This document shows positions 38,942 to 49,572 of a stretch of DNA of 64,000 bases, piece by piece. Positions within the stretch are counted from its first letter, which is position 1; every line of letters begins with the position of its first letter. Location of the stretch: contig CAWJHN010000004.1 of NCBI GenBank assembly GCA_963842725.1, positions 254,098-318,097 on the forward strand, read 5' to 3'. The position numbers and the translations under genes were made by a program. The notes beneath the pieces were generated by a model. It was not told the DNA's origin, did no database searches, and was given only the letters and a program-made list of their open reading frames with translations. This DNA comes from an uncultured Actinomycetes bacterium (GTDB lineage: Bacteria > Actinomycetota > Actinomycetes > S36-B12).

Positions 38942-40087
38942 GTGGTTCGCCGACGTCGTGCAGGAGCAGGGCCCGTGGAGGGCGTTCGCCGCCCTGCGGC
39001 CATCAGGTCGGCGGTTCCCGAGGAGGTCATCCGCGTCCTGAGCGTGCTGCCCTCGGCCTCCCTGGTCGTGGCGCCCGACGGCGCGGTCCTCCGCACGAGC
39101 GCTCGCGCCCTCGCCCTCGGCCTCGTGAGCCGGGGCACCGTGACCATCCCCGACATCGTCCACCTCATCGACCGGGTGGCCGGCGACGGCATGGCCCGGG
39201 AGCAGGAGATGCGGGTGCGCCGTCCGCCGCTGGGCCGCGAACTGCTCGAACTGCGCGTGCGAGTGGCCGCCCTCGGCATGGGTGCCATCCTCGTGCTGAT
39301 CGACGATCTGGCCGAGGAGCGCCGGGTCGACGTGGTGCGCCGCGACTTCGTGGCCAACGTGAGCCATGAGCTGAAGACGCCCGTCGGCGCCCTGTCGCTG
39401 CTTGCGGAGGCCGTGCTGGCGGCCAGCGACGACGCCGAGCAGGTCCGCCACTTCGCCGAGCGGATGCAGATCGAGGCGTCGCGGCTGAGCCATCTCATCC
39501 AGGACGTGATCGACCTGTCCCGGCTGCAGGGCGACGACCCGCTCACGCACGCGGATGTCGTCGACGTCGACGACCTGGTGAACCGCGCGCTGGACGAGGT
39601 GCGCACCGTTGCCACCACCCAGGACATCGAACTGGTCAGCGGCGACCCGACGGGTGGAGTCGTCTACGGCGACTACGGCCAGCTTCTCACCGCCCTGCGC
39701 AACCTGGTCACGAACGCCATCGCCTACTCGCCCGCGCACACCAGGGTCGCGATCGGCGTGCGCGTCGGCGACTCGATCGTGGAGATCTCGGTGAAGGACC
39801 AGGGCATCGGCATCCCGGTCAACGACCTCGACCGGATCTTCGAGCGCTTCTACCGGGTCGATCCGGCGCGGTCCCGCATCACGGGCGGCACCGGCCTGGG
39901 CCTGGCCATCGTGAAGCACGTGTGCCAGAACCATGGCGGTGAGTGCACCGTATGGTCGGAGCCGGGCGTGGGATCGACCTTCACGCTGCGGCTGCCCACC
40001 TATCAGGCGTCCACGCCGTTCGACCGACCCGAGCACCCGCTCGAGGTGGATCTCCTCACGAGCCCCAACGGAGAGGCGCACACATGA
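38942..40087 (+). CDS. senX3: Sensor histidine kinase SenX3
   Basis: RRDFVANVSHELKTP, NLVTNAIAYS, DQGIGI, FERFYRVD, GGTGLGL; start inferred from a TATCCT -10 6 nt upstream. Confidence 0.9.
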   Translation: MVRRRRAGAGPVEGVRRPAAIRSAVPEEVIRVLSVLPSASLVVAPDGAVLRTSARALALGLVSRGTVTIPDIVHLIDRVAGDGMAREQEMRVRRPPLGRELLELRVRVAALGMGAILVLIDDLAEERRVDVVRRDFVANVSHELKTPVGALSLLAEAVLAASDDAEQVRHFAERMQIEASRLSHLIQDVIDLSRLQGDDPLTHADVVDVDDLVNRALDEVRTVATTQDIELVSGDPTGGVVYGDYGQLLTALRNLVTNAIAYSPAHTRVAIGVRVGDSIVEISVKDQGIGIPVNDLDRIFERFYRVDPARSRITGGTGLGLAIVKHVCQNHGGECTVWSEPGVGSTFTLRLPTYQASTPFDRPEHPLEVDLLTSPNGEAHT

Positions 40088-40764
40088 CGCGGGTACTCGT
40101 GGTCGAGGACGAGGAGTCCTTCTCGGAGGCGCTGGCCTTCATGCTGCGCCGCGAGGGGTACGAGGTCGCCGTGGCCGCTGACGGCAACGCGGCGATCGAG
40201 CACTTCGAGCGGCATGGCGCAGATCTCGTCCTGCTCGACCTGATGCTCCCGGGGATCTCCGGCACCGAGGTGTGCCGGCACATCCGGCTGTCGTCGAAGG
40301 TGCCGATCATCATGCTCACGGCGAAGGACGGCGAGATCGACAAGGTCGTCGGGCTGGAGCTCGGGGCCGACGACTACGTGACGAAGCCGTTCTCATCGCG
40401 CGAGCTGCTCGCGCGGGTCCGTGCGGTCCTGCGTCGCAACGGCGAGATGGACGAGCTGCTGCCCGCCACCGTCGAGGCCGGGCCGGTCCGACTCGATGTC
40501 GACCGGCACGTGGTCACGGTCCGCGGCCAGACGGTTCCGATGCCGCTCAAGGAGTTCGACCTGCTCGAGCTTCTGGTCCGCAACTCGGGGCGGGTGCTGA
40601 CCCGCGGCCAGCTGATCGACCGGGTTTGGGGCTCGGACTACGTCGGGGACACCAAGACGCTGGATGTGCACGTCAAGCGGCTGCGCGCGAAGCTCGAGGA
40701 GGACCCGGCCAACCCGACGCACCTGCTGACGGTCCGCGGCCTCGGGTACAAGTTCGAGGCCTAG
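40084..40764 (+). CDS. regX3: Response regulator RegX3
   Basis: VEDEES, LLDLMLPG, ADDYVTKPFS, WGSDYVGDTKTLDVHVKRLR. Confidence 0.94.
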   Translation: MTRVLVVEDEESFSEALAFMLRREGYEVAVAADGNAAIEHFERHGADLVLLDLMLPGISGTEVCRHIRLSSKVPIIMLTAKDGEIDKVVGLELGADDYVTKPFSSRELLARVRAVLRRNGEMDELLPATVEAGPVRLDVDRHVVTVRGQTVPMPLKEFDLLELLVRNSGRVLTRGQLIDRVWGSDYVGDTKTLDVHVKRLRAKLEEDPANPTHLLTVRGLGYKFEA

Positions 40765-40798
40765 TAGGAGCGCCTCGGGTACGAGTTCGAGGCCTAGT
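40739..40798 (+). repeat. Direct duplication of the regX3 3' end (27 bp, 1 mismatch)
   Basis: gcctcgggtacaagttcgaggcctagt (40739-40765) and gcctcgggtacgagttcgaggcctagt (40772-40798). Confidence 0.9.
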
Positions 40799-40806
40799 TC
40801 CGACGG

Positions 40807-41337
40807 TCAGCCGGCGGCCGGCGAGGCGGCCGGCACCGGTGCCGTGGCCGGCTCGGGTGCGATGCCCTCGTAGTAGCCGGCGGGCGGCACCGTCAGGGCC
40901 GAGAAGGACACGAGCCCGGCGTCCTGGAATCCCAGCACGACCGGGACGTAGCTCGACACCGGGACGTCGAGCTCGTAGGTGTTGATGAAGTTGGCCGACT
41001 CGTACGCGAACGGGACGGACGCCCCCGGCGCGATCTGGCTGGCGCCCTCCGGGACGGTGACCTGCACGCCGTTGATGGTCGCGTAGACCAGCGTGTCGGG
41101 GACGGGTCCGGTGTTCACGATCCGGGTCAGCAGTGTCGCCGATGACGAGCCCTCGGGACCGAGGACCAGGGTGGCGTCCTCGACGTGCATGGCGCCCGCC
41201 TGGGCGTCGACGCCGTTGCCGGAGTTCATCGTTGCCTGCGTGGTCGTGGTCGCCTGCTGGCCGTTGAAGCAGCCCGTGAGTGCAGGGGCAGCGAGGACGA
41301 CCATGGCGGATACGGCGGCGAGGTGGGTGCGCTTCAC
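40807..41337 (-). CDS. Putative lipoprotein (LpqE-like), divergent from carD
   Basis: Signal peptide with lipobox LTGC; TACTCT -10 6 nt upstream of GTG 41337. Confidence 0.75.
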   Translation of the reverse strand: MKRTHLAAVSAMVVLAAPALTGCFNGQQATTTTQATMNSGNGVDAQAGAMHVEDATLVLGPEGSSSATLLTRIVNTGPVPDTLVYATINGVQVTVPEGASQIAPGASVPFAYESANFINTYELDVPVSSYVPVVLGFQDAGLVSFSALTVPPAGYYEGIAPEPATAPVPAASPAAG

Positions 41338-41453
41338 GGGCACAGAGTAGCGAAGGGCGGGCGGGTTCCCGTGCCTGCTCCACCGATTGGCGGCCGGAAT
41401 CGCAGCCGATCCCCCGTGGTAGCCTTGACTCCCTGGGAAAGGGGTTCTTCTCT

Positions 41454-41936
41454 ATGGCGTTCAACGTCGGCGACACTGTTGTCTATCCGCACCATGGGGC
41501 TGCTCTCATCGAGGCGGTCGAGATTCGGACCATAAAGGGGGAGGACCGCGAGTACCTGGTCCTTCGGGTCGCCCAGGGCGACCTGACCGTCCGGGTGCCT
41601 GCCGACAACGTCGACCTCGTCGGAGTCCGCGACGTCGTCAACGCCGAGGGCCTCGACCGCGTCTTCAACGTCCTTCGCCAGCCGTACACGGAGGAGCCGA
41701 CCAACTGGTCGCGCCGGTACAAGGCGAACCTCGAAAAGCTCGCATCGGGCGACGTCATCAAGGTGGCCGAGGTCGTACGCGACCTGTGGCGTCGCGAGCG
41801 CGAGCGCGGGCTGTCCGCCGGCGAGAAGCGCATGCTGGCCAAGGCCCGTCAGATCCTGGTGAGCGAGCTCGCCCTGGCCGAGAAGACGAACGAGGACAAG
41901 GCCGAGGCCATCCTCGACGAAGTCCTCGCCTCCTAG
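41454..41936 (+). CDS. carD: RNA polymerase-binding regulator CarD
   Basis: [35 protein letters not shown]. Confidence 0.96.
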   Translation: MAFNVGDTVVYPHHGAALIEAVEIRTIKGEDREYLVLRVAQGDLTVRVPADNVDLVGVRDVVNAEGLDRVFNVLRQPYTEEPTNWSRRYKANLEKLASGDVIKVAEVVRDLWRRERERGLSAGEKRMLAKARQILVSELALAEKTNEDKAEAILDEVLAS

Positions 41937-41954
41937 CACCCGACTCCCCGCCAC

Positions 41955-42680
41955 ATGGTGGAGACTTCGGCGACCGGGCGCACCGCGGTGCTCGTCCCGG
42001 CTGCTGGCCGCGGTGAGCGGCTCGGTCCGGGCATGCCCAAGGCGTTGCGCCCCCTCGGTGGCATCCCGATGCTCGTTCATGCCGTGCGCGCCCTCGCAGC
42101 GAGCCGAGTCGTGGACCTGGTCGTGGTGGCCGCGCCCGAGGACAGCGTCGACACCGTCGCCGCCATGCTCGCGGAGCAGTCGTTCCAGGCCGATGTCACG
42201 GTGGTGACCGGCGGCGAGACCCGGCAGGACTCGGTCGTCCGGGCGCTCCTCGCGCTGCCGGACGACATCGACGTCGTCCTGGTCCATGACGCGGCCCGGC
42301 CCCTCGTCCCTGTCGAGATGGTCACGGCTGTCGTCAGTGCGGTGCGCCGGGGCCATCCGGCCGTCGTTCCCGGCCTGCCCGTCGTCGACACCATCAAGCA
42401 GGTCGATGGCAACGCGAACGTCGAGCGCACCGTCGACCGGCATGCCCTCCGAGCGATCCAGACCCCCCAGGGCTTCCGCCGCGAGGTGCTCCAGAGTGCG
42501 CACGCGGCCGCGGACGTCGACGGGCCGCTCGTGACCGACGACGCCGGCCTCGCGGAGCGCCTCGGCATCCCGGTGCACGTGATCCCCGGTCACGAGGAGG
42601 CCTTCAAGGTCACCCGTCCGTTCGACGTCGTCATGGCCGAGGCCGTGCTCGCCCGACGGAGGGCAGCCGGTGCCGTCTGA
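41955..42680 (+). CDS. ispD: 2-C-methyl-D-erythritol 4-phosphate cytidylyltransferase
   Basis: [37 protein letters not shown]. Confidence 0.95.
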   Translation: MVETSATGRTAVLVPAAGRGERLGPGMPKALRPLGGIPMLVHAVRALAASRVVDLVVVAAPEDSVDTVAAMLAEQSFQADVTVVTGGETRQDSVVRALLALPDDIDVVLVHDAARPLVPVEMVTAVVSAVRRGHPAVVPGLPVVDTIKQVDGNANVERTVDRHALRAIQTPQGFRREVLQSAHAAADVDGPLVTDDAGLAERLGIPVHVIPGHEEAFKVTRPFDVVMAEAVLARRRAAGAV

Positions 42681-43146
42681 CGCCTTCGTCGGGATCGGCA
42701 CCGACGTCCATGCCCTGGCACCGGGCCGACCCCTGTGGCTGGCCGGCCTGCACTGGCCCGGCGAGACGGGGCTGGCCGGCCACTCCGATGCGGACGTCGC
42801 CGCCCACGCGCTGTGCGACGCGCTGCTCTCGGCGGCCGGGCTGGGTGACCTCGGCTCGGTGTTCGGCACGTCCGACCCCGCCTGGTCCGATGCCTCGGGG
42901 GTCTCGCTGCTGGCCCACACGGCCGGGCTGGTGCGCGAGGCGGGTTTGCGCATCGTGAACTGCAGCGTCCAGGTGGTCGGGAACCGACCGCGCGTCGGGA
43001 CCCGCAGACAGGAGGCGCAGGATGTGCTGGGAGCCGCGATCGGCGCCCCGGTGCGCGTCTCCGGCACCACCACGGACGGCCTCGGCCTCACCGGCAGGGG
43101 AGAAGGCGTCGCCGCGATCGCCGTGGCGTCGGTGTGCCCGGCGTGA
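42670..43146 (+). CDS. ispF: 2-C-methyl-D-erythritol 2,4-cyclodiphosphate synthase
   Basis: [41 protein letters not shown]. Confidence 0.95.
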   Translation: MPSDAFVGIGTDVHALAPGRPLWLAGLHWPGETGLAGHSDADVAAHALCDALLSAAGLGDLGSVFGTSDPAWSDASGVSLLAHTAGLVREAGLRIVNCSVQVVGNRPRVGTRRQEAQDVLGAAIGAPVRVSGTTTDGLGLTGRGEGVAAIAVASVCPA

Positions 43147-43172
43147 TCGCCGGGCCGGATGAGGAGTCTCCA

Positions 43173-43571
43173 GTGACGCAGATACCCGACACGGCCCGGA
43201 CCTGGCTGGACGGACCCGAGTTCGCGACGATCGCGACGATCATGCCCGACGGGCAGCCCCAGCTGTCGGTCGTGTGGATCGAGCGTGACGGCGACGATGT
43301 CCTCGTCAGCACCATCAAGGGTCGCCGCAAGCACCGCAACATCGAGCGTGACCCGCGGGTGACGGTGCTGGTCTACCCCCGCGACAGCCCGTACGAGTAC
43401 GTGGAGGTGCGCGGACGGGCCACGATGACCGACGAGGGCGGTCGCGAGCTGATCGACCGGCTCGCCCGCGCGTACAAGGGTGCCGATCGCTACCTCGGCG
43501 ACGACGGGACCGACAACGTTCGGGTGGTCGTCCGGATCACGCCCGACAAGGTGGTCATCCGCTCGTCCTGA
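43173..43571 (+). CDS. PPOX-class F420-dependent oxidoreductase
   Basis: ATI.PDGQPQLSVVW, K.RNI.RDPRV, YVEVRG. Confidence 0.88.
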   Translation: MTQIPDTARTWLDGPEFATIATIMPDGQPQLSVVWIERDGDDVLVSTIKGRRKHRNIERDPRVTVLVYPRDSPYEYVEVRGRATMTDEGGRELIDRLARAYKGADRYLGDDGTDNVRVVVRITPDKVVIRSS

Positions 43572-43601
43572 GCGCCGTCTCGGGTCGGTACTGTTCGGCC
43601 T

Positions 43602-45008
43602 GTGGCCCTCCGCTTCTACGACACCGCGACCCGCTCCGTTCGGGACTTCGTTCCCATCGAGGCCGGCAAGGCGGGCATCTACCTGTGCGGGGCCACGGTC
43701 CAGGCGCCCCCGCACGTCGGGCACATCCGCAGCGGAGTCGCCTTCGACGTCATCGGCCGCTGGCTGACGGCCCGCGGGCATGACGTGACGTTCGTTCGCA
43801 ACGTCACCGACATCGACGACAAGATCATCCGCAACGCCGAGAACGAGGATGTGCCCTTCTGGGTCATCGCGATGCGCAACGAGCGTGCCTTCGCCCGCGC
43901 ATACGACGCGCTGGGCTGCCAGCAGCCGACCTACGAGCCGCGGGCAACCGGCCACATCCCCGAGATGGTGACGCTGATGGCCCGGCTGATCGACCTCGAG
44001 CACGGCTATGCGGCTGGCGGGGACGTGTACTTCGACGTCCGATCGTTCCCGGAGTACGGGGCGCTGAGCGGACAGCGGCTCGACGACATGCTCCCGGCGG
44101 CCGATTCCGAGGCTCACCTCAAGCGCGACCCCCGGGACTTCGCCATGTGGAAGTCCGCCAAGCCGGGCGAACCGGCGTGGGAGACGCCCTGGGGTCCGGG
44201 CCGACCGGGCTGGCACGTCGAGTGCTCGGCGATGGCGCGCAAGTACCTGGGCGCCGCCTTCGACATCCACGGCGGCGGCCTCGACCTGGTCTTCCCGCAC
44301 CACGAGAACGAGATTGCGCAGTCGAAGGCGGTCGGCGACGGGTTCGCCAACTACTGGCTGCACAACGCCTGGGTCACGACGTCCGGCGAGAAGATGAGCA
44401 AGTCCCTGGGCAACTCGCTGCTGGTCGACGAGGTCCTGCGCAGGGTCCGCCCTGTGGAACTGCGGTACTACCTGGCCGGCGCCCACTACCGCTCGATGCT
44501 GGAGTACTCGGACGACTCGGTGTCGGAGGCAGGTCACGGGTACCGCCGGATCGAGGGCTTCCTGGCCCGGGCCGGCGAGTTCCTCGGCCGGACCGGGGCG
44601 CCGGACGTCCGCCCGGAGGCACGGCCGCCGGCGTTCGACGCGGCCATGGACGACGACATCGCGGTGCCGCAGGCCCTGGCCGTCCTGCACGAGACCGTCC
44701 GGGAGGGCAATGGCGCGCTGGCCGCCCGCGACGCCGACGCCGTGTCGGCTGCCTTCGCGGCGACGGTCGCGATGGTCGATGTGCTCGGCCTCAGCCCCTG
44801 GCAGCACCCCTGGTCCGCGGGGGGCGCCGGCGGACAGCGGCAGACCGAGGTCATCGACGCACTGGTGCAGGTGGTCCTTGCGCAGCGGCAGGAGGCCCGG
44901 GCCCGCAAGGACTTCGCCGCAGCCGACGCCATCCGCGACGGGCTCGACCGCATCGGCGTCCGGGTCGAGGACACCCCCGAGGGCGTCCGCTGGACACTCG
45001 ATGACTGA
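43602..45008 (+). CDS. cysS: Cysteine--tRNA ligase
   Basis: [45 protein letters not shown]. Confidence 0.97.
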   Translation: MALRFYDTATRSVRDFVPIEAGKAGIYLCGATVQAPPHVGHIRSGVAFDVIGRWLTARGHDVTFVRNVTDIDDKIIRNAENEDVPFWVIAMRNERAFARAYDALGCQQPTYEPRATGHIPEMVTLMARLIDLEHGYAAGGDVYFDVRSFPEYGALSGQRLDDMLPAADSEAHLKRDPRDFAMWKSAKPGEPAWETPWGPGRPGWHVECSAMARKYLGAAFDIHGGGLDLVFPHHENEIAQSKAVGDGFANYWLHNAWVTTSGEKMSKSLGNSLLVDEVLRRVRPVELRYYLAGAHYRSMLEYSDDSVSEAGHGYRRIEGFLARAGEFLGRTGAPDVRPEARPPAFDAAMDDDIAVPQALAVLHETVREGNGALAARDADAVSAAFAATVAMVDVLGLSPWQHPWSAGGAGGQRQTEVIDALVQVVLAQRQEARARKDFAAADAIRDGLDRIGVRVEDTPEGVRWTLDD

Positions 45009-45036
45009 GCGCACGCAACCGACGGAAGGCTGACCC

Positions 45037-45996
45037 ATGGCAGGTAACTCCCAGCGGCGCGGGGCGATGCGCAAGGAGGGCACCAAGAAGGGCGCCACGG
45101 TCGGATCGGGGGGCCAGAAGAAGCAGGCGCTCGAGGGACGCAAGCCCACGCCCAAGGCCGTGGACCGGCCGCACCATCCGGCTGCCCGACGGGATCGAGC
45201 CGTCAAGAAGCAGGCTGACGCCGCGGCGCGCCGAGGCGGCTCACCCCGCCGTGCCACCGGCACGCGACGCTCCTCCGGCGGCCTGCTCCTCGGTCGCAAC
45301 CCGGTCGTCGAGGCGCTGCGAGCCAGCATCCCGGCATCGGCGCTGTACGTGCAGGTCAAGGTCGATGCCGATGACCGCTGGCGCGAGGCGATGCGGCTCG
45401 CGGTGGCCGCCGGGATCCCGATCCTGGAGGTCGCCAAGACCGAGCTCGACCGCATGAGCGACGGCGCGGTGCATCAGGGGCTCGTGCTCACGGTCCCGGA
45501 GTACCACTACCGCGAGGCCGTCGACCTGGAGGCCGGCACCCTCCTGGTCGCCCTCGACGGGGTCACGGACCCGCGCAACCTCGGGGCGATCGCGCGTTCG
45601 GCCGCTGCGTTCGGGGCCGACGGCATCATCCTGCCCACCCGGCGATCCGTGGGCGTGACGGCCGCGGCCTGGAAGACATCGGCGGGCGCCCTCGCCCGCG
45701 TGCCCGTCGCCCAGGTGACGAACATGACCCGGACCCTGGAGTCGTACCAGAAGAAGGGCTTCACGGTCATCGGACTCGCCGCGGACTCGGACGTGACCCT
45801 GGCCGAGCTCTCGCGGGACGTGCTGACCGACCCGCTGATCATCGTCATCGGCGCCGAGGGCGCCGGACTGTCACGTCTCGTGGGGCAGACGTGCGACTGG
45901 CGGGTGTCCATCCCCATGGTGGCCGGCGTCGAGTCCCTCAACGCGTCGGTCGCCGCCAGCATCGTGCTTCAGGCGGTGTTCTCCGCGCGCTCCTGA
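45037..45996 (+). CDS. rlmB: 23S rRNA Gm2251 2'-O-methyltransferase (TrmH family)
   Basis: GRNPVVEAL, HQG, DPRNLGA, GAEGAGL, ESLNASVA. Confidence 0.93.
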   Translation: MAGNSQRRGAMRKEGTKKGATVGSGGQKKQALEGRKPTPKAVDRPHHPAARRDRAVKKQADAAARRGGSPRRATGTRRSSGGLLLGRNPVVEALRASIPASALYVQVKVDADDRWREAMRLAVAAGIPILEVAKTELDRMSDGAVHQGLVLTVPEYHYREAVDLEAGTLLVALDGVTDPRNLGAIARSAAAFGADGIILPTRRSVGVTAAAWKTSAGALARVPVAQVTNMTRTLESYQKKGFTVIGLAADSDVTLAELSRDVLTDPLIIVIGAEGAGLSRLVGQTCDWRVSIPMVAGVESLNASVAASIVLQAVFSARS

Positions 45997-47162
45997 GCAC
46001 GTTCGACGGGCTGCCGACCGCGCACCAGCCGGTCGCCGACGAGCGGGAACACCAGCACGGTCAGAGCGCCGGCGCCGACCAGCGCAGCGGCGTTCGCCGG
46101 GATCATGACGCCGGCATCGACCTCGATGCTGGTGACGGCCACGATGATCGGCAGCGCGGTGGCGACCAGCAGCGAGAACCGGGCCCGTTCCCGTCGGTCG
46201 GGGATGGCACGCCGGTAGAGCACGTACTGGACGAGGCCGCGAGCCACGAGCATGTAGACGAAGAATCGCAGCATCTGCCCGGGATTCTCGATGATGGAGA
46301 CGATGTCGAGAGTCGCCCCCGAGACCACGAAGAACAGCGGGATCAGGAAGCCGAACCCGATGGCCTCGATCTTGGTCTGGAGCACGGAGTCCGCGGACGG
46401 GGGTGCGAATCGACGCACGATCACGCCGGCGATGAAGGCGCCGAGGACGACGTCCAGCCCGAAGGACCCCGCGAGGGCGAGCAGCAGGATGAGCAGCAGC
46501 ATGGTGAACCGCAGGGCCGTCTGCGAGCTGGTGTGATGGCCCCTTGCCAGGATGGCCCTCACCCGGTCGCCGGCCAGCCGGGCCGGCAGGGTGGCCAGGA
46601 CGAGGGAGACGATTCCGAACAGGACCAGGCTCAGGATCGCGACGAAGGACGACTTGGTCCCGAGCAGCACCGAGATGGCGATGATCGGGCCGAACTCCCC
46701 CCACGCGCCCGCGCCCATGAAGAGCGTGCCGAAGCGGGTGTTGAGCTCGCCGCGGTCGCGCAGCACCGGCAGCAGCGTCCCCAGGGCCGTCGAGGTGAGC
46801 GCGATGGCCACGCCGACCGTGTCGTGCACCTTCCCCGTGGCGGTCATGATGATGGCCGCTAGTGAGGCGACGACGAGGGACAGACCCCAGCCCATCGCGG
46901 CGAGCCGGCCGCTCTCGCCCCTGATCGCCCGTTGCTCGAGCTCCATCCCGGCGAGGAAGAAGAGCAGGCCCAGGCCCAGATCGGAGAGGAGCTGGATCGA
47001 CTCGTCCGGAGTGATCCAGGCGAGGACCTCGGGTCCGAACACGATGCCGGCACCGAGGAGCAGCACCACCTCTGCCACCTTGATCCGCAGCAGACCGACG
47101 ATCAGGGGAACGAAGGCGGCGATGGCCGCGATGACCACGAGGGAGTTGAACTCCGCACTCAT
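45969..47162 (-). CDS. Cation:proton antiporter (CPA2)
   Basis: LFFLAGMEL, STALGTLLPVLRD, LGAFIAG, GFLIPLFFV. Confidence 0.88.
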   Translation of the reverse strand: MSAEFNSLVVIAAIAAFVPLIVGLLRIKVAEVVLLLGAGIVFGPEVLAWITPDESIQLLSDLGLGLLFFLAGMELEQRAIRGESGRLAAMGWGLSLVVASLAAIIMTATGKVHDTVGVAIALTSTALGTLLPVLRDRGELNTRFGTLFMGAGAWGEFGPIIAISVLLGTKSSFVAILSLVLFGIVSLVLATLPARLAGDRVRAILARGHHTSSQTALRFTMLLLILLLALAGSFGLDVVLGAFIAGVIVRRFAPPSADSVLQTKIEAIGFGFLIPLFFVVSGATLDIVSIIENPGQMLRFFVYMLVARGLVQYVLYRRAIPDRRERARFSLLVATALPIIVAVTSIEVDAGVMIPANAAALVGAGALTVLVFPLVGDRLVRGRQPVERAQERAENTA

Positions 47163-48427
47163 CCACTGTCCTCCGGGGGCAGCACGATCCGGAGCTCGGC
47201 CGTGTCATCGCTGGGCGTGCCGACCCGCGAGCCGAGGACCGACTGCTCGTCGGGCTTCTTGGCCAGGATGCTCGTGACGTAGTCGGAGACCGCGTCCTCG
47301 AACGGCACGCTGCAGCCGGCCCGCTCGGACATGAACCAGCGATGCTCGAGCACCTCGTGGAAGATCTGCGCCGGCTCGAGCTTGCCGCGCATGGCGGGCG
47401 GTACCTCGGACATGACCCGCTCGAACCGCTCGGTGACCCAGCGATGCGCGGCGATCTCCTCGTCCTCCGGTCCGACGCCGATCTTGATCCGGAACGAGTC
47501 GAGGTCGTTGAGGAGACGACGGGCCTGGTTCTCCTCGACGTCGAGGCCGGTCAGGCGGATCAGTCGTCGTGAGTGGTGACCGGCGTCGACGACCTTCGGC
47601 GTCACCGTGATGTGCTCGCCGTCGCCCTCCGTGCGCACCTGCAGCTCGGCGACGTCGAAGCCGAGCGTGTTGAGCCGGCGCACGCGGCCGTCGAGTTCGT
47701 AGCGGTCCTCGCGCGTGATGACGATAGGCCCGGTGAGCTCGTCCCACAGGCGGTCGTACCGGGTTCGCAGGCTGACACCCGTGACGATGGGGTCGATGCC
47801 CTCGTGGAGTCGACCGCCGGCCTGCAGGTCCATCAGCTCGCCGGCGACGTTGGTGGCCGCGGTCTCGAGGTCGTAGGTTCGCTGGCCGGTGGACAGCGAG
47901 GGATGCAGCTCGCCGGTCTCGGCATCGACGAGGTACGCCGCGAAGGCGCCGGCGTCCCGCCGGAAGAGCGTGTTGGACAGGGAGCAGTCGTTCCAGGAGA
48001 AGCCGGCAAGGTGCAGCTGCACGATGAGGACGGTCAGCGCGTCGAGCAGCCGGTTCGCCGTCTCGAGCCGAAGGCTGGACGAGAACAGGGCGCGGTACGG
48101 CAGGGAGAACTCGAGGTGCTTGGTGATGAGGCCCGCCGGCAGCGGCTCGCCGTCGGCGTCCTCGCGGTCGAGCACGACGCCGACGGGCTCGACGGTCGGC
48201 AGGCCGCGCCGCACGAGGTCGAAGAGCAGCTCGTACTCCCGCTCGGCGTAGTGCTCCTCCACCTCCTTGACGGCGTAGACGACGCCGTTCAGGCGCACGA
48301 ATCGGACGATGTGCCGCGAGATGCCCCGGGGCAGTGCTACGACGAGGTCGTCGGGCCACTCCTCGAGCGGGACCCCCCACGGCAGGAAGGCCAGCTCGGG
48401 CTCGCCAAGGCTTCCGGTCAGTCGCAC
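47159..48427 (-). CDS. DUF4032 domain protein (kinase-like fold)
   Basis: LPW..PLEEW, RGISRH.VRF, HLAGF.W.DCSLSNTLFRRDAG..AYLVDAETG, HEVLEHRWFMSE. Confidence 0.85.
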   Translation of the reverse strand: MRLTGSLGEPELAFLPWGVPLEEWPDDLVVALPRGISRHIVRFVRLNGVVYAVKEVEEHYAEREYELLFDLVRRGLPTVEPVGVVLDREDADGEPLPAGLITKHLEFSLPYRALFSSSLRLETANRLLDALTVLIVQLHLAGFSWNDCSLSNTLFRRDAGAFAAYLVDAETGELHPSLSTGQRTYDLETAATNVAGELMDLQAGGRLHEGIDPIVTGVSLRTRYDRLWDELTGPIVITREDRYELDGRVRRLNTLGFDVAELQVRTEGDGEHITVTPKVVDAGHHSRRLIRLTGLDVEENQARRLLNDLDSFRIKIGVGPEDEEIAAHRWVTERFERVMSEVPPAMRGKLEPAQIFHEVLEHRWFMSERAGCSVPFEDAVSDYVTSILAKKPDEQSVLGSRVGTPSDDTAELRIVLPPEDSG

Positions 48428-48504
48428 GGGGAGCAGCCTGTCATGCCGTTGGCGACCGCGTCACGCACCCCGCTGGCCGCGGGCCAGCCAATAGGGTGAG
48501 CGCC

Positions 48505-49536
48505 GTGACCGAGAATCCGCGCGCACGCCTGTCGGACATCGCCGATCAGGCCGGCGTGAGCGAGGCGACCGTGTCCCGCGTCCTCAACGACCGACCCGGC
48601 GTCTCGACCTCGACGCGGCAGGCGGTCCTGACCGCGCTCGACGTCCTCGGGTACGAGCGGCCCATCCGGCTCCGAGGTCGCTCGGGCCTGGTGGGCCTGG
48701 TGGTTCCCGAACTCGAGAACCCCATCTTCCCCGCCTTCGCGCAGGTGATGGAGACCCTGCTCGCGCAGCACGGCTACACGCCCGTGCTGTGCACCCAGAC
48801 GCCCGGCGGCGTGACCGAGGACGAGTACGTCGAGCTCCTGCTCGACCGGGGGGTGGCCGGCATCATCTTCGTCTCCGGGCTGCATGCCGACAGCACCGCC
48901 GATCACACCCGGTACCGGATCCTCGCCGAGCGCGGACTGCCGATCGTCCTGGTCAACGGGTACGCGGCCGGCGTCGACGTCCCGTTCATCTCCGACGACG
49001 ACGCGGCGGCGATGGACCTCGCCGTCACGCACCTCACCGCCATGGGCCATCGGCGCATCGGCCTTGCCCTCGGACCGATCCGGTTCGTGCCCGTCGTGCG
49101 CAAGCGGGCCGCGTTCATCTCGCAGATGGTCCGTCTCACCGGCGTGACGCCCGAGACGGCGGGCGGACTGGTGACGCACTCCCTGTTCGCGGTCGAGGGC
49201 GGCCAGGCGGCCGCCCACCACCTCCTGGGGCTGGGCGTCACCGCGATCGTCTGCGGCTCGGACCTGATGGCACTGGGCGCCATCCGCACGATCCGGCAGC
49301 GCGGGCTGCGGGTCCCGGAGGACGTCTCGGTCGTCGGCTACGACGACTCCCGCCTCATCGCCTTCACGGACCCGCCGCTGACGACGGTCCGCCAGGCGGT
49401 CAGTGCCATGGGAACGGCCGCAGTGCAGGCGCTCATCGACGGCATCAACGGCACTCCAGCCCCACGCGACGAGTTCGTCTTCCGGCCCGAGCTGGTCGTG
49501 CGGTCCTCGACCGGCCCGGCCCCGCGATCGGAGTAG
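48505..49536 (+). CDS. LacI-family regulator (MalR-like)
   Basis: LSDIADQAGVSEATVSRVLN, VPEDVSVVGYDD, PPLTTVRQ; TAGGGT -10 upstream. Confidence 0.92.
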   Translation: MTENPRARLSDIADQAGVSEATVSRVLNDRPGVSTSTRQAVLTALDVLGYERPIRLRGRSGLVGLVVPELENPIFPAFAQVMETLLAQHGYTPVLCTQTPGGVTEDEYVELLLDRGVAGIIFVSGLHADSTADHTRYRILAERGLPIVLVNGYAAGVDVPFISDDDAAAMDLAVTHLTAMGHRRIGLALGPIRFVPVVRKRAAFISQMVRLTGVTPETAGGLVTHSLFAVEGGQAAAHHLLGLGVTAIVCGSDLMALGAIRTIRQRGLRVPEDVSVVGYDDSRLIAFTDPPLTTVRQAVSAMGTAAVQALIDGINGTPAPRDEFVFRPELVVRSSTGPAPRSE

Positions 49537-49572
49537 CACCCGCCCCCGTCCGCCCAGTGCCAGACTGCTCCC

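Noticed and set aside
43173..43571. F420 oxidoreductase between ispF and cysS as a novel insertion
   Set aside because: Common family, and I recall this position from other actinomycetes; no mobility signal
41334..45455. 1373-aa minus-strand ORF, and many similar long alternate-frame ORFs (e.g. 20901-23051, 23063-25108, 57758-60214)
   Set aside because: Shadow ORFs overlapping clear genes such as carD-ispD-ispF-cysS; expected in high-GC DNA and lacking motifs
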